A stretch of 64,000 bases of DNA from Candidatus Doudnabacteria bacterium (GTDB taxonomy: Bacteria; Patescibacteriota; JAQUNI01), in NCBI GenBank assembly GCA_041644975.1, contig JBAZQX010000003.1, positions 7,530 to 71,529 on the forward strand. Reading direction: 5' to 3'. A program made the position numbers and the translations under genes. The notes beneath the pieces are model-generated. The model saw only the letters and a list, made by a program, of their open reading frames with translations, had not been told where the DNA came from and did not search any database. Position 1 is the first letter of the stretch. Each line of letters begins with the position of its first letter. Below, piece by piece: positions 9,501 to 18,177 of this stretch.

Positions 9501-10060
9501 CTCATTTAGATAGCGAGAAAATAGATCAAATCTTGAGCCCTAATAGAGGAGATGAGGTCTTGGAGGCAAAACCCGCAGCGCCGCGGGGAGACATCAGCGC
9601 GCCAGAAATTACTCCGGAGGAAACCCCGAGCTTGGAAGAAAGCGCGATTCCTACTGAAACTGAAGCTGCAAAAATAGAAGCGCCGCAGACAGAAGAGACT
9701 CCAAGTCCAAAGACGGAAACCCCCTCTCCTACTCCAGAGGCCGCTCCCGAGGGAGATATATCCGAAGCAATGATTCAAGAAATTCCCGACTGGACTCCGG
9801 AAAAGATTGCCAAGACTGCTCTGCCCTTGATTCAAGAAAATTCAAAACTGAAAACGGTCAAAGGAATTTTAGAACGTTATCTAACTAACCTAAAAAGCGG
9901 CGAGATTTTTTTACCCGAGCAAACGGAAGCCAGCGCCGCTATTAAAGAAATAACCAAAAGAACCAAAGAGCTCGGGGAGAGCGCGGGGGAAAGATACGAG
10001 AAAACCCTGTTGGAAAACACCAAACTTTTCATAGGCACTGCCGCGATGGGGAGAGAGTAG
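6551..10060 (+). CDS. Large hypothetical E/K/P-rich repetitive protein with central transmembrane segments. It contains internal tandem repeats (KPKPEETKPEQK...) and an embedded copy of the GC-rich palindrome ctccccctcgggcagggggag, encoding PSPSTSPSGRGS
   Basis: 1169-aa ORF with low-complexity repeats and hydrophobic stretches around aa 610-660. The same 35-nt GC palindrome occurs at 10205-10240 and 18345-18380. Confidence 0.6.
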   Translation: MEKNTEGEGKEKPLEKDKKREKRREVKNKHKNKLEPLDPDEGKNIPEKTEKEKGITPDKVRVILDNLGRELPPEKKEITVRFHPDLAENNFPDLIAKLEAKTGTKIIPQWDDGVDIEKGFAIVSETVPEKPETPLEPAELLPPPVSALKAEGEPLPPPPNTEKEQKTPDGNTPEKSVSEPEEKGEEKPQEEPPSEENKPKPEETKPEQKMAEKSVPREEEKKETKEIPPRIQEVLDRLNAELEKHSDAEEVDVTFNYKLAESLLTIPGADFRKLRPQSYKKIQTINYWKERESVSPLGFVIEEIKKRKPQEKEATPEKKPKSEETEPEQKAEEKNVPPEGEKKETEIPQNMEMLIALLDSKIAEFQTVHPETKDIDILFSEELIKKLGIKYGDKKQQAIWQKIDSIKEKGFNVLYFGGEKIPPEEAVRIEEVVPKKAGAETKTKEKITPAEKGEIKEEPSQEKTAPSPSTSPSGRGSAAPKTEKPREPITAARETETPIEIHPSPSRVSEERLAEKRQEYLEAKRLRGKFISRGEFKGKEGEAKLAQIGEEYSKMRAEYIRGKATEVLKEQKLPATELKTKIVEKLLEEYNKEEGEREKLIEGREKGLGQRFKEWWRRHPKARMLVGYGLTGASVGSMLSGQLWLTPWFIGARAAFAGTGAALGTEGMLSRYSKTLGEKGLVNELVKFSKEEKAKLKKIKDKGEQEKARQKMINDNVAKVSPENLAREMARVKTLQEKKGVKLENIGPYGAVLLALRAREQELLKKRMTEAMEKGEKTKEDLLFEAINSGLEKEAREMDKNVEGAGEAERKKAIKRWVFSSSAGAITAGLTAWWGFSRLGEISGKGKIAGGAAHAKTALGLPAPEGLATDFEVIAGKGDSVWKMAKRALAEKYGSRFTNLDEARRTYVIDAIKDKIAKNPARFGLTDIDKVKIGQKIDFGGLIKNNSIMEGIFGKAGRLTGEQVENILNNNETVQEFHRLHPGTHLDSEKIDQILSPNRGDEVLEAKPAAPRGDISAPEITPEETPSLEESAIPTETEAAKIEAPQTEETPSPKTETPSPTPEAAPEGDISEAMIQEIPDWTPEKIAKTALPLIQENSKLKTVKGILERYLTNLKSGEIFLPEQTEASAAIKEITKRTKELGESAGERYEKTLLENTKLFIGTAAMGRE

Positions 10061-10290
10061 ACCACCCTTCAGAACCTCCCCCCCCACCCCTCCTTGGAAA
10101 GGAGGGGATAATCAGAACCCCCTCTTCGCTCCCCCTCGGAAAGTGGGAGCGTATTTCACCTCCCGGGAGGCGAGGAGGGGTCTAAATAAAGATCATCCAA
10201 GCTCCCACCCCCTCCGCCTCCCCCTCGGGCAGGGGGAGTGAGAATCTTCCTCCCCTTTCCAAGGAGGGGTGGGGGGGGTTCTGAAAATAC
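10061..10290. repeat. GC-rich palindromic repeat cluster containing ctccccctcgggcagggggagtgagaatcttcctcccct
   Basis: Shared with 7945-7990, 12880-12930 and 18340-18420. Several 7-9 bp G/C stems are present. Confidence 0.7.
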
Positions 10291-10353
10291 CAAATAAAAA
10301 AATAAGCCCAGAGTCAACGTATGATGTTGAACTCTGGGCTTTTTGGTTTCAAA

Positions 10354-11472
10354 TTATTTTGGCGGATCAGATGGCGGGGTGATTTTGCTCACATCCACCA
10401 GCTTTGCGCCATTGTCTTTCGCTGCCTTTTCAATCAGCGCTTCCGACCAATAGCATGATCTCAAGTAGACTTGGGCCATGCCATGGGCGGATTCTCCTTT
10501 GTAACCGCGCTTTTGGTATCTTTCCATTAAGGACGAGTACAATTCTGCCCGTGCTTTATCTTTGTCGTTCGTATTGAACGCGCGAGTCAGAGCCTGTCCT
10601 ACCGCTTCAGCGTCAGCCTTAGCGGCGTCAATCTTCTTTTCCAGACACTTTGTGGTTGCATCCAGGTCAGCCTTGGTCGTAAACTGTGAAGTGTCCGGAA
10701 TTATCGCGCGAGCTGTTGCCTCGGCAGTTGCCTTAGCTTCAGCTCTGACCACTGACATATCAATAGCTGGAATTTGAATTCCAGTGGCAGTTGTCAAAGC
10801 CTTTACGGCTGTGTCAGAAGCAGTGGCTGCTGTATCCATAGCCTTATCGGCTTTTTCGTTTGCTGCTTTGGCATCCATACTGGCTTGTTCGGCAATCTTG
10901 CGAACCTCGGCGAGCTCTTTCTCTAATTTGTCAACTTTTTCTGTGAGCTCTTTTAAGGTCTTAGCGATTGCCTCATCGCAGATTTTCTTGATCTGCTCTG
11001 GGCATAACGGAGTGCCTGGGTCAACGAGCTTCCAGCCGCGAGTCTTTAGCGCGGCGGCTAAACCGTTTTCAAAGGCGAGAGGCGCCATATTGCCTTTTTC
11101 CAAAGGCGTCAACATGCGCTCCACATCTTCAATGTCCGGTTTTTTACCGTCTTTGTCCACTACTTGGCTGTAAATAGCCCAGGCTAAGGCGCGGTTTCCA
11201 ATCCTGCGGGCTTGGTTGTCCTGATCGTTAATAATAGTCGTGCCACCTTGGATCGGACCTTGTGACCTCGATGCGGGTGTAGTTCCTTTATTATTCTGCA
11301 GGGCTTTGTCCATTCCCTTTAGGATATTCATAATTCTATCAATATCCTGATCCTGTCCTTTAACCTCTCGGACTAGCTTACCAAAATCTTGAGGGTCAAC
11401 TTGCTGATTCGCAGCCTGCGCAAGGAGGGGGAGAAACAGCGAAATCAATACGAGAACAATAAACTTTTTCAT
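10354..11472 (-). CDS. Secreted coiled-coil hypothetical protein (signal peptide MKKFIVLVLISLFLPLLAQA)
   Basis: ORF with an N-terminal signal peptide. The start is assigned to the internal MKKF. The protein is alpha-helical and A/K/E-rich. Confidence 0.55.
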   Translation of the reverse strand: MKKFIVLVLISLFLPLLAQAANQQVDPQDFGKLVREVKGQDQDIDRIMNILKGMDKALQNNKGTTPASRSQGPIQGGTTIINDQDNQARRIGNRALAWAIYSQVVDKDGKKPDIEDVERMLTPLEKGNMAPLAFENGLAAALKTRGWKLVDPGTPLCPEQIKKICDEAIAKTLKELTEKVDKLEKELAEVRKIAEQASMDAKAANEKADKAMDTAATASDTAVKALTTATGIQIPAIDMSVVRAEAKATAEATARAIIPDTSQFTTKADLDATTKCLEKKIDAAKADAEAVGQALTRAFNTNDKDKARAELYSSLMERYQKRGYKGESAHGMAQVYLRSCYWSEALIEKAAKDNGAKLVDVSKITPPSDPPK

Positions 11473-11494
11473 TGTAGATCTCTCCTTTCCTTGA

Positions 11495-12055
11495 TTACTG
11501 AACTGGATACTTTTTTTCCAGATCATCTAGTGTTTTTTGACGCTCTGACTTTCCCTGTTGCGGAGCTGGAGTAGGTGGCGGTGTGATTATTGGGGGTTCA
11601 ATTTTTGGTTCCTCCTTTTTCTCTATTGAGAAATAGAAAGCGCCATCTTTGATCCCCTTACCGCTAACGGACACAGTATAAAAACCGGGTTCCGTTATGG
11701 TCTCTTTTGGGGTCCATACTGCTTCACCCTCACTGCCAAATGACTCCGTGGAGCCTTTTACTTCTTCTGCCGGACTGTTCACTTTTACTTTCAAATGTTT
11801 AGCCTTGTCGGGATCAGAAACTTTAAACTTAATACTCTCAAGTATCCCCGAACTCACCGTGGAGTCTGATGGCCAGGTCATCGTGACCGTCGCCAATGTT
11901 TCCGGCGCTTTTTCGCCACCGCAACCGCGGACGGCGAAAAGGATTATAAGACCCATAACCACTAAACCACCGATTATGGCATAACCCCAACGAGGAAATT
12001 TGAATCCTCCACCTTGAGCCGCCTTCTCTCTCTGTGCCATTCTTTGTCTTAACAT
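11495..12055 (-). CDS. Membrane-anchored hypothetical protein
   Basis: ORF with an N-terminal TM helix (YAIIGGLVVMGLIILFAV). It shares an operon with the two adjacent minus-strand genes. Confidence 0.5.
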   Translation of the reverse strand: MLRQRMAQREKAAQGGGFKFPRWGYAIIGGLVVMGLIILFAVRGCGGEKAPETLATVTMTWPSDSTVSSGILESIKFKVSDPDKAKHLKVKVNSPAEEVKGSTESFGSEGEAVWTPKETITEPGFYTVSVSGKGIKDGAFYFSIEKKEEPKIEPPIITPPPTPAPQQGKSERQKTLDDLEKKYPVQ

Positions 12056-12438
12056 TATTCTGCCTCCTTATCCTTTTCTGGATTTGTAATCCTAACTGCT
12101 GTTTCATATATCGTTTTAGCTCTCGGAACACTGTCGAGACCACAATTTGCAATAAATGTGGCGAGATCCGTCTTGGCTATAATTTTAAGATCAAAGCCTT
12201 TACTGCTTATTATTTTGGCTGTTTCCTCGTCAATGTTGAGATTGGTCATTAGAGTTTCCCAAGGCTCAATCAGATTAAGAGCCTGCCTGATTGGCAAAAG
12301 CTCCTGATCCAAAGAGTCTACGAGCCTATCTTGCCATTTTTTGATCCTGGACTGTAAAGCGCCGACAAAAGTGACGACCCAGATTAAAGCCACTATAACC
12401 ACTACTACTAAAATCCCAACTATCCATTCCATTTTCAT
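12055..12438 (-). CDS. Membrane-anchored hypothetical protein
   Basis: ORF with an N-terminal TM helix (WIVGILVVVVIVALIWVVTFV). Its stop overlaps the start of the downstream gene. Confidence 0.5.
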   Translation of the reverse strand: MKMEWIVGILVVVVIVALIWVVTFVGALQSRIKKWQDRLVDSLDQELLPIRQALNLIEPWETLMTNLNIDEETAKIISSKGFDLKIIAKTDLATFIANCGLDSVPRAKTIYETAVRITNPEKDKEAE

Positions 12439-12779
12439 TCTCCTTTATAATTTCACGCAACTATAACCTAGAAACGAAACACGAACACTCAAACTTTTAA
12501 AAACCACCACTCCTTCCCTTAAATTGCCATAAAATTTTGAAACCAAATTGAAAAAGATCAAATTCCCATTTTTGGGAATTCACGCTACCCGCTCGCCATC
12601 GCTTGCGCTTAAGGCGCTAGCGGGCGAGAAGCCTAAATTCCCAAGCTGAATTTTAACTCTTATTTATAGCATATCTGAAAAACTTTGTCAAGGATTTTTA
12701 CCTGAAAATCCAAACTATATCCGGTTTTTGGCTAAAATAAGGCGTAATGGAAGCGGGAATAGGCCCGCCCGCAACGCCT

Positions 12780-12990
12780 CGCAAGCTCGGCTTGCGTGGC
12801 GGGCGGGGAATTAGGAATTATGAATCAGGAATAGACCCCCTCCGCCTCCCCCTTGGCCTTGCCCTGCCGAAGCTCTAAAGAGCGTAGGCGGGTAAGGGGG
12901 AGTGAGAATCTTCCTCCCCTTGGAAAGCGGGAGGCGGGCCTGCCCGCCGAAGTCCGCCATAGGCGGACGAAGGCGGGGAGACTTGAACCA
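12780..12990. repeat. GC-rich palindromic repeat cluster, including the gtccgccataggcggac hairpin and the gggggagtgagaatcttcctcccctt element
   Basis: Shared motifs with 10205-10260 and 18345-18400. The GTCCGCC-NNNN-GGCGGAC hairpin family also occurs at 648, 23347, 46340 and 46425. Confidence 0.65.
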
Positions 12991-13274
12991 ACGAATAAAG
13001 GCTTGACACGACCCGAAAAAAGAATAAAATACATAATGCCTGGTCCGAAAACGAGCAAAAAATTGTAATAAGAAGTAACCACACAAGCTCGTAAGACCCC
13101 GCAAGCGCGTATGCCCTAAAAAACAAGAGACTTATTAAGTCTCTTGATCTGGCAGAACTGCTAATGATCCCACCAGGCCGCGCACCTTTAGAACCGCTCC
13201 ACAGGGCAACTAGTCTCCGCCTCCCCCGAAAAAGAAAGACTTCTGCCTTGCGGAGTTTTTATTTTGTCTAAAAA

Positions 13275-13303
13275 TTGACAAATACTTCAACTCGCTTTAT
13301 TAT
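13275..13303 (+). promoter_or_regulatory. Sigma70-like promoter TTGACA-17-TATTAT upstream of the S8 protease gene
   Basis: ttgaca aatacttcaactcgctt tattat, about 40 nt upstream of the start codon. Confidence 0.45.
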
Positions 13304-13327
13304 ATCAAGGAAGGGAATGTACTAGAA

Positions 13328-14530
13328 ATGGAGGAAATAGTAATGAAGAAACTGATTCTGATCTTTATTTTTCTCTGCATAGCAACAGGAGCTCACGCAG
13401 CCGAAAGATGGATAGTAGTATTTGACCCGGCAGTAGTGAATGAGCCAGCGCGAGAGACACTTATCAAAGCCCACGGAGGAATAATTATTAAAAATCTTCC
13501 GTTGATTACTGGTAAAGCAGTGCTCTTGCCTCCCCAAGCAGAGGCGGCTTTAGGAAAAACCAACGGAGTAATAAGGGTGGATCCTGATGTCGTTGTAGAG
13601 GCTTATGCTAAACCAACGCCACCCCCACCGCCACCCGAAACCCTGCCTTGGGGCGTGGACCAAATTGACGCGGAACTCGCCTGGGGCACAAGCACAGGTT
13701 CTGGAGTTAAGGTCGCGGTTGTGGACACTGGAATTGACTTAAGCCACCCGGATCTTAAAGTTTGGGGCGGCATCAATACCATTAATCCCAGAAAGGGCTA
13801 CAATGATGATAATGGCCACGGCACCCATGTTGCTGGAACCATAGCTGCGATTAATAATGAAATCGGAGTAATTGGCGTGGCGCCAACAGCCTCTCTTTAC
13901 GCTGTCAAGGTGCTGAATAGTCAAGGTTCGGGATTTCTTTCCGATATAATTGAAGGGTTGGATTGGTGTATTAATAATGAAATACAAGTAGTTAATATGA
14001 GCCTTGGCACATCTTCCAATGTCCAATCCTTTCAGGACGCGGTGAAAAAAGTCTATGACGCTGGCATTATTCAGGTCGCTGCCGCGGGTAATAGTTACGG
14101 AGGAGCAGTGGGTTATCCGGCTGCCTATTCCGAGGTTATTGCTGTCTCGGCTACCGACATAACAAAAACCATTGCCAGTTTTAGTAGCATCGGTCCCGAG
14201 GTTGAATTAGCTGCACCTGGAGTTTCTATCCCCTCCACTTGGAAGGGGGGAGCCTATAAAACCGCTTCGGGAACTTCTATGGCTGCGCCCCATGTTACTG
14301 GAACAGTGGCTTTGGCAATAGCTAACAGTGTAGCTGATGTCAGGGCTACTCTCCAAGCCACAGCCGATGATCTGGGGAATCCGGGTAAGGATAATCTTTA
14401 CGGTTATGGGCTTGTGGATGCTGAAGAAGTAGTAACCGGTGCGCAGACCCATCTTGCGCCTTCCCGAATATCAGGTCTAACCCCAGTTGGCAAAATCGCT
14501 ACTATCTGGGGTCAGCTCAAAAAGCAATAA
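13328..14530 (+). CDS. Secreted subtilisin-like serine protease (peptidase S8)
   Basis: Signal peptide, then the Asp-His-Ser triad motifs VAVVDTGID, HGTHVAGTIAA and GTSMAAPHVTG. The likely true start is MKKLIL at 13343. Confidence 0.9.
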   Translation: MEEIVMKKLILIFIFLCIATGAHAAERWIVVFDPAVVNEPARETLIKAHGGIIIKNLPLITGKAVLLPPQAEAALGKTNGVIRVDPDVVVEAYAKPTPPPPPPETLPWGVDQIDAELAWGTSTGSGVKVAVVDTGIDLSHPDLKVWGGINTINPRKGYNDDNGHGTHVAGTIAAINNEIGVIGVAPTASLYAVKVLNSQGSGFLSDIIEGLDWCINNEIQVVNMSLGTSSNVQSFQDAVKKVYDAGIIQVAAAGNSYGGAVGYPAAYSEVIAVSATDITKTIASFSSIGPEVELAAPGVSIPSTWKGGAYKTASGTSMAAPHVTGTVALAIANSVADVRATLQATADDLGNPGKDNLYGYGLVDAEEVVTGAQTHLAPSRISGLTPVGKIATIWGQLKKQ

Positions 14531-14639
14531 AACCCTGCACCACATAGGGTGCAGGGCAAGCAAGAAAACAATGAAAATATTGTACATTCCTTTCTTAGAT
14601 CTTTCCCTTTGCCTGCAAGCAAGCTATAATCTTCTTGCA

Positions 14640-14812
14640 GGCTTTTTTATAAAACTCTTCACCCTTCACCTTTGGCTAAAGGTTAGAGGGTTGACCCTTC
14701 ACCCTTAGCTAAGGGTGAAGGGTTGACAGATTTTTAAAACCTGCTAAAATCATTTTTTAGGTAAAAAGCCTGAAAATCCTTGCCCTTCACCTTTTCTTCA
14801 CCTTTTTTAAAA
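14640..14812. repeat. cccttcacc/ggtgaaggg hairpin repeat cluster (agggttgacccttcaccc ttagctaa gggtgaagggttgac) upstream of the GIY-YIG gene
   Basis: Perfect 10-bp palindromic stems. The same family occurs at 15066-15235 and 21184-21271. Confidence 0.7.
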
Positions 14813-14818
14813 TGAAAC

Positions 14819-15061
14819 ATGTTCTATGTGTATGTTTTGAAAAGTAAGAAAGATAAAAAGTTTTATATTGGTTTCACACCAGACTTAAGACTGCGTCTTC
14901 AAAAACACAATAACGGTAAAGTAACATCTACCTCCTATAGGCGCCCTCTAGAATTAATCTATTATGAAGCTTACAAAGATCAAAAAACTGCGATAAGGAG
15001 AGAAAAGCAGTTAAAAAGCGGTAAGGCACATATGGCTTTAAAAAAATGGCTGACCCAATAA
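14819..15061 (+). CDS. Small standalone GIY-YIG nuclease family protein
   Basis: The MFYVYVLKSKKDKKFYIGFT...L..R...H opening is the GIY-YIG motif. The protein is about 80 aa and is flanked on both sides by cccttcacc repeats. Confidence 0.85.
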   Translation: MFYVYVLKSKKDKKFYIGFTPDLRLRLQKHNNGKVTSTSYRRPLELIYYEAYKDQKTAIRREKQLKSGKAHMALKKWLTQ

Positions 15062-15140
15062 TAACGATGGATAAAACCCTTCACCTTTAGTATAAAAGGT
15101 TAGAGGGTTGACCCTTCACCTTTATGGTGAAGGATGAAGG

Positions 15141-15229
15141 GGTTGACCCTTCACCTTTAGCCAAGGTCTTCACCTTTCATAAAGGATTCATCTATAGCTA
15201 TAGGTGAAACCTACTAAAGGTGAAGGGTG
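15141..15229. repeat. 88-bp repeat. It is the left inverted copy of a pair; the right copy at 21184-21271 is about 93% identical in reverse complement
   Basis: ggttgacccttcacctttagccaaggtcttcacctttcataaaggattcatctatagctataggtgaaacc... matches the reverse complement of 21184-21271. Confidence 0.7.
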
Positions 15230-15237
15230 TTTTCTAG

Positions 15238-16119
15238 TCAATAGCTTCGCATCACTTCTAGGGGTGTTTTCATATTTAAAGCCATATGCGGTCGCTCTGA
15301 ATTATAGTAATGCAAGTACTTCGGAATTTCCTTGCGCCAAGACTTTAGACTTCTTGGGATACGCTCTATACACTCTTCTTGAATAGTGCGGTTAAATCTT
15401 TCAAGATGTCCGTTATCTGTTGGCGTTCTCACTCTGCTATGGCGATGCGATAAACCGGAACTTTGAATTTGTTTTGTAAACCATTTAGAGAATTCAGAAC
15501 CATGATCCGACTGGAGCATCTTGATTCTAAATGGTGCCAATTGGCGAGCTGAATAGATGAAGTTTACGCTTCTGCCAGCACTAATCCTTTCTGTTGGATA
15601 AACATAACTCCATCTGGAACAGACATCTAAGAGAGTATACAGATAAAGTCTATTCTGGCTTACTCCATCCCAAACCGTGTCAATTTGCACTAAGATACCA
15701 GGTTTTTCAGCCAGAGGACGCTTGGGATATTGATGCCACTTTTTCCATTTAGAATAACGGGAACAGTTGAATCTTCTTAAAACTCTCTTAACACTAGAAA
15801 GGCTTATGATATATCCATCCTTTATTAAAAGGTGATGCAATACTTCTGCACAACGCTGATAATGCTGCCGGTAATCCAATATTTTAATAATCATTTCCGA
15901 GGATAATTCCTTGGGATGATGATGGGGACGTGAGCTTTCCGTGGGAATAGTATTCCTTCTCGTCATTCTTGCTTTAATGACCCAGCGCGTGATCGTACTC
16001 TGGTTAAAACCAGTATGGCGCGCCACCTCTCTTGTGCTCCACTTTTGGTTCAAAACCAGTTTTGCTGCTTGCATTCGCAAACGTGGTAAATGGGGGTTTG
16101 TTGTATATGGCATATACAT
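15238..16119 (-). CDS. IS481-family (IS3-like) DDE transposase / integrase core domain protein with an N-terminal HTH
   Basis: HTH (STREVARHTGFNQSTITRWV) plus an rve core with QIDTVWDG...LDVCSRW...SDHGSEF...RTPTDNGHLERFNRTIQEE...YNSERPHMAL. Confidence 0.85.
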   Translation of the reverse strand: MYMPYTTNPHLPRLRMQAAKLVLNQKWSTREVARHTGFNQSTITRWVIKARMTRRNTIPTESSRPHHHPKELSSEMIIKILDYRQHYQRCAEVLHHLLIKDGYIISLSSVKRVLRRFNCSRYSKWKKWHQYPKRPLAEKPGILVQIDTVWDGVSQNRLYLYTLLDVCSRWSYVYPTERISAGRSVNFIYSARQLAPFRIKMLQSDHGSEFSKWFTKQIQSSGLSHRHSRVRTPTDNGHLERFNRTIQEECIERIPRSLKSWRKEIPKYLHYYNSERPHMALNMKTPLEVMRSY

Positions 16120-16374
16120 ACATTTTACCCCAGGCGATGCAAAGGTATTGAACCATTACAAAACATTGACATTTATCATAAACAAAGGTATAATTTTGAC
16201 AACAGCGAATTGAGGCATTTTTAAGCTGGAGGCAAAACTCGGCAAAAGCAAGTAATGTTTTGCTCCAGTTGTTGGTTCTTTTACAATTAGTTTAGGTCGC
16301 GCTTGTTTAGCGCGAGTATGGCAAAGCCATATCCCTAACAATGAAAGGAGGAATATAGAAGGGCCTATGGTTTC

Positions 16375-17121
16375 GTGGTTAAAAAACTCACAATAAGCTG
16401 GCTAATTTTTTTAGCCAAATGGAGGGTTTGGAAAATGTTGAAACGATTTTCTTTTTGTGTGATTCTCGTGATCGTATTGTCAGTTATGTTTGCCTTTGTC
16501 CCATTTGGTCAGGCGGGGACATGGGAGTATGATTTTACCAAAATCAAAGGGAACGAATGGGAAAAAGATTGGGAGGTCATAGATGGTGAATTTGATGTTG
16601 TAGATGGCGCGCTCAAACAAACTGCTCAATCTGCTGATGACAATAACGCCTTTCGTGCTATTGCTTTGACAAAATGGGAAATTCAAAACGGCATAATTGA
16701 GGCTAAAGTAAAGCATAGTGGAGCGGGAAACAACGATGCATTGATTTTTTATAGAATGGAAGACAATGATAACGGATACGCTTCAAGGCTTCAATTGGAT
16801 GGCTATATAACAATTGGAAAGATAACAAACGGTGTGCATGGACATATCCAGTTTGTTGTCACACCGGTGCAAGCTGATGTTTGGTATATAGTAAAAATTG
16901 AATTGGATGGCGATACAATAACTGTTTCTGTGGATGATAAAGAGTTTATAATTCTCCAAGACAAGACCTCACCAAGTGGCAGTGTTGGTTTTGGCATGTC
17001 AAGATGCGCTGGCGGTGCTTCTCTTGAATGGATTCACGTTACAGGAAGCGGTGTAACACCCACTTTGGTTGCTCCTGCTGGCAAGCTGACCACAACCTGG
17101 GCTAACATCAAAGCCCAATAA
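16375..17121 (+). CDS. Secreted hypothetical protein, concanavalin A-like/DUF1080-like beta-sandwich; its C-terminus (KLTTTWANIKAQ) resembles the C-terminus of the S8 protease
   Basis: Signal/TM at the N-terminus and a beta-rich domain (FRAIALTKWEIQNGIIEAKVK...ALIFYRMEDN). The domain assignment is tentative. Confidence 0.5.
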   Translation: MVKKLTISWLIFLAKWRVWKMLKRFSFCVILVIVLSVMFAFVPFGQAGTWEYDFTKIKGNEWEKDWEVIDGEFDVVDGALKQTAQSADDNNAFRAIALTKWEIQNGIIEAKVKHSGAGNNDALIFYRMEDNDNGYASRLQLDGYITIGKITNGVHGHIQFVVTPVQADVWYIVKIELDGDTITVSVDDKEFIILQDKTSPSGSVGFGMSRCAGGASLEWIHVTGSGVTPTLVAPAGKLTTTWANIKAQ

Positions 17122-17145
17122 AAAGCTTGGCTCATAACAAGCGAA

Positions 17146-17175
17146 AGACCATCAAATTAGATGGTCTTTTTTATT
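17146..17175 (+). terminator. Intrinsic terminator (agaccatc aaatta gatggtct + T-tract)
   Basis: 8-bp stem followed by ttttttatt, immediately downstream of the 16375-17121 gene. Confidence 0.6.
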
Positions 17176-17317
17176 GTGTCACCGTCCCTCAAAGTACTAA
17201 ATCTCTTTCTCGCTTTCTCTATTGTAGCCAGCACCCTTGCCTTGCCAAAGGTGGCAGAGAGTGGTATGATTGCTAACAGAATCAATTATTTTTGTCCTTT
17301 CACAATTCAATCATAAG

Positions 17318-17400
17318 GTTGCATACGCACTTTCAGTAAAAGTGGGTGTGAAACTATAAGTATTTACAAGGGTTTACTTTCGCAGACCCCTTTTATCTCA
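17318..17400 (+). ncRNA. Candidate small RNA / structured repeat, copy 1 (gcatacgcactttcagtaaaagtgggtgtgaaactataagtatttacaagggtttactttcgcagacccctttt). Copy 2 is at 18098-18177 and a partial copy at 17833-17870
   Basis: About 85% identity between copies. It has a conserved internal hairpin (cacttt-cagta-aaagtg) and a 3' stem-loop plus U-run, so it looks like a terminator. Confidence 0.4.
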
Positions 17401-17474
17401 CTAAACCCTTTGACATTGAAATCAGCCGTGCTATTTTGAAACTGTACCTTAAAAACTATTTTTAAAGAAAGGGT

Positions 17475-17813
17475 GTGATTATAGTGGTTTATAATGCTGA
17501 ACATCTTAAAGTGACCGGATTAATCGTGGTATTAATACTCTCGATTCTGCTGACGGGGTTGGTTTCTGTGGGGAGCTTACGAGCTCAGCCTAAGAAGGAA
17601 GAGGTTAATTTCGAGATTTTAGCCACGGTTACCATGAAAAGCGGTGGTGTTCTCTGGAATCTGGCGCAAGAATATTATAAGGATCCTTACGAGTGGAAAT
17701 ACATCAAAAAGATGAATAAAATTTCTAACGAGAGAAGAATCCCTGTTGGGATGGTAATCTATATACCAGCCAAAGATGTAAAAGCGATCGCGAAGAAGAT
17801 GGAGCTTCACTGA
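17475..17813 (+). CDS. Membrane-anchored LysM domain protein
   Basis: N-terminal TM helix, then a LysM-like segment (VTMKSGGVLWNLAQEYYKDPYEWKYIKKMNKISNERRIPVGMVIYIP). Confidence 0.6.
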   Translation: MIIVVYNAEHLKVTGLIVVLILSILLTGLVSVGSLRAQPKKEEVNFEILATVTMKSGGVLWNLAQEYYKDPYEWKYIKKMNKISNERRIPVGMVIYIPAKDVKAIAKKMELH

Positions 17814-18097
17814 AAAACACTATCTGGTTCGTTGCCTGGGCACTTTCGGTAAAAGTGGGCGTGAAACCTACGGGCAGTGCCAGAAAAGGTAATGGAAACG
17901 CAGGGACAATAGTCCGCCAGACGGGCGATGCGAATTGACGCAGGCGGGGCTACGCAGGGTGGCAAGTGTCTGGGAGACCCTCACCAGTCGTAGGTGCTGC
18001 AATGCACCATAGAGCGAAAGTGTCCCATATTGGGTACAAATCCCAATCTGCCCATTATGCAACCATACGAAATGCAATGCGACAAGTTGCATACGCA

Positions 18098-18177
18098 CTT
18101 TCAGTAAAAGTGGATGTGCAACTATAAGTATTTACAAGGGTCTGCTTTCGTAGACCCTTTTTTATTTCTTCTCAAAA
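18098..18177 (+). ncRNA. Candidate small RNA / structured repeat, copy 2 (see 17318-17400)
   Basis: gttgcatacgcactttcagtaaaagtggatgtgcaactataagtatttacaagggtctgctttcgtagaccctttttt; gggtctgctttcgtagaccc + T-tract. Confidence 0.4.

Noticed and set aside
15238-16119. Attempt to define precise terminal inverted repeats of the IS481-like element
   Set aside because: No convincing pair of short IRs could be found within 120 nt of the ORF ends by eye. Only the larger 88-bp repeat pair at 15141 and 21184 is evident, so the IS boundaries are left undefined.
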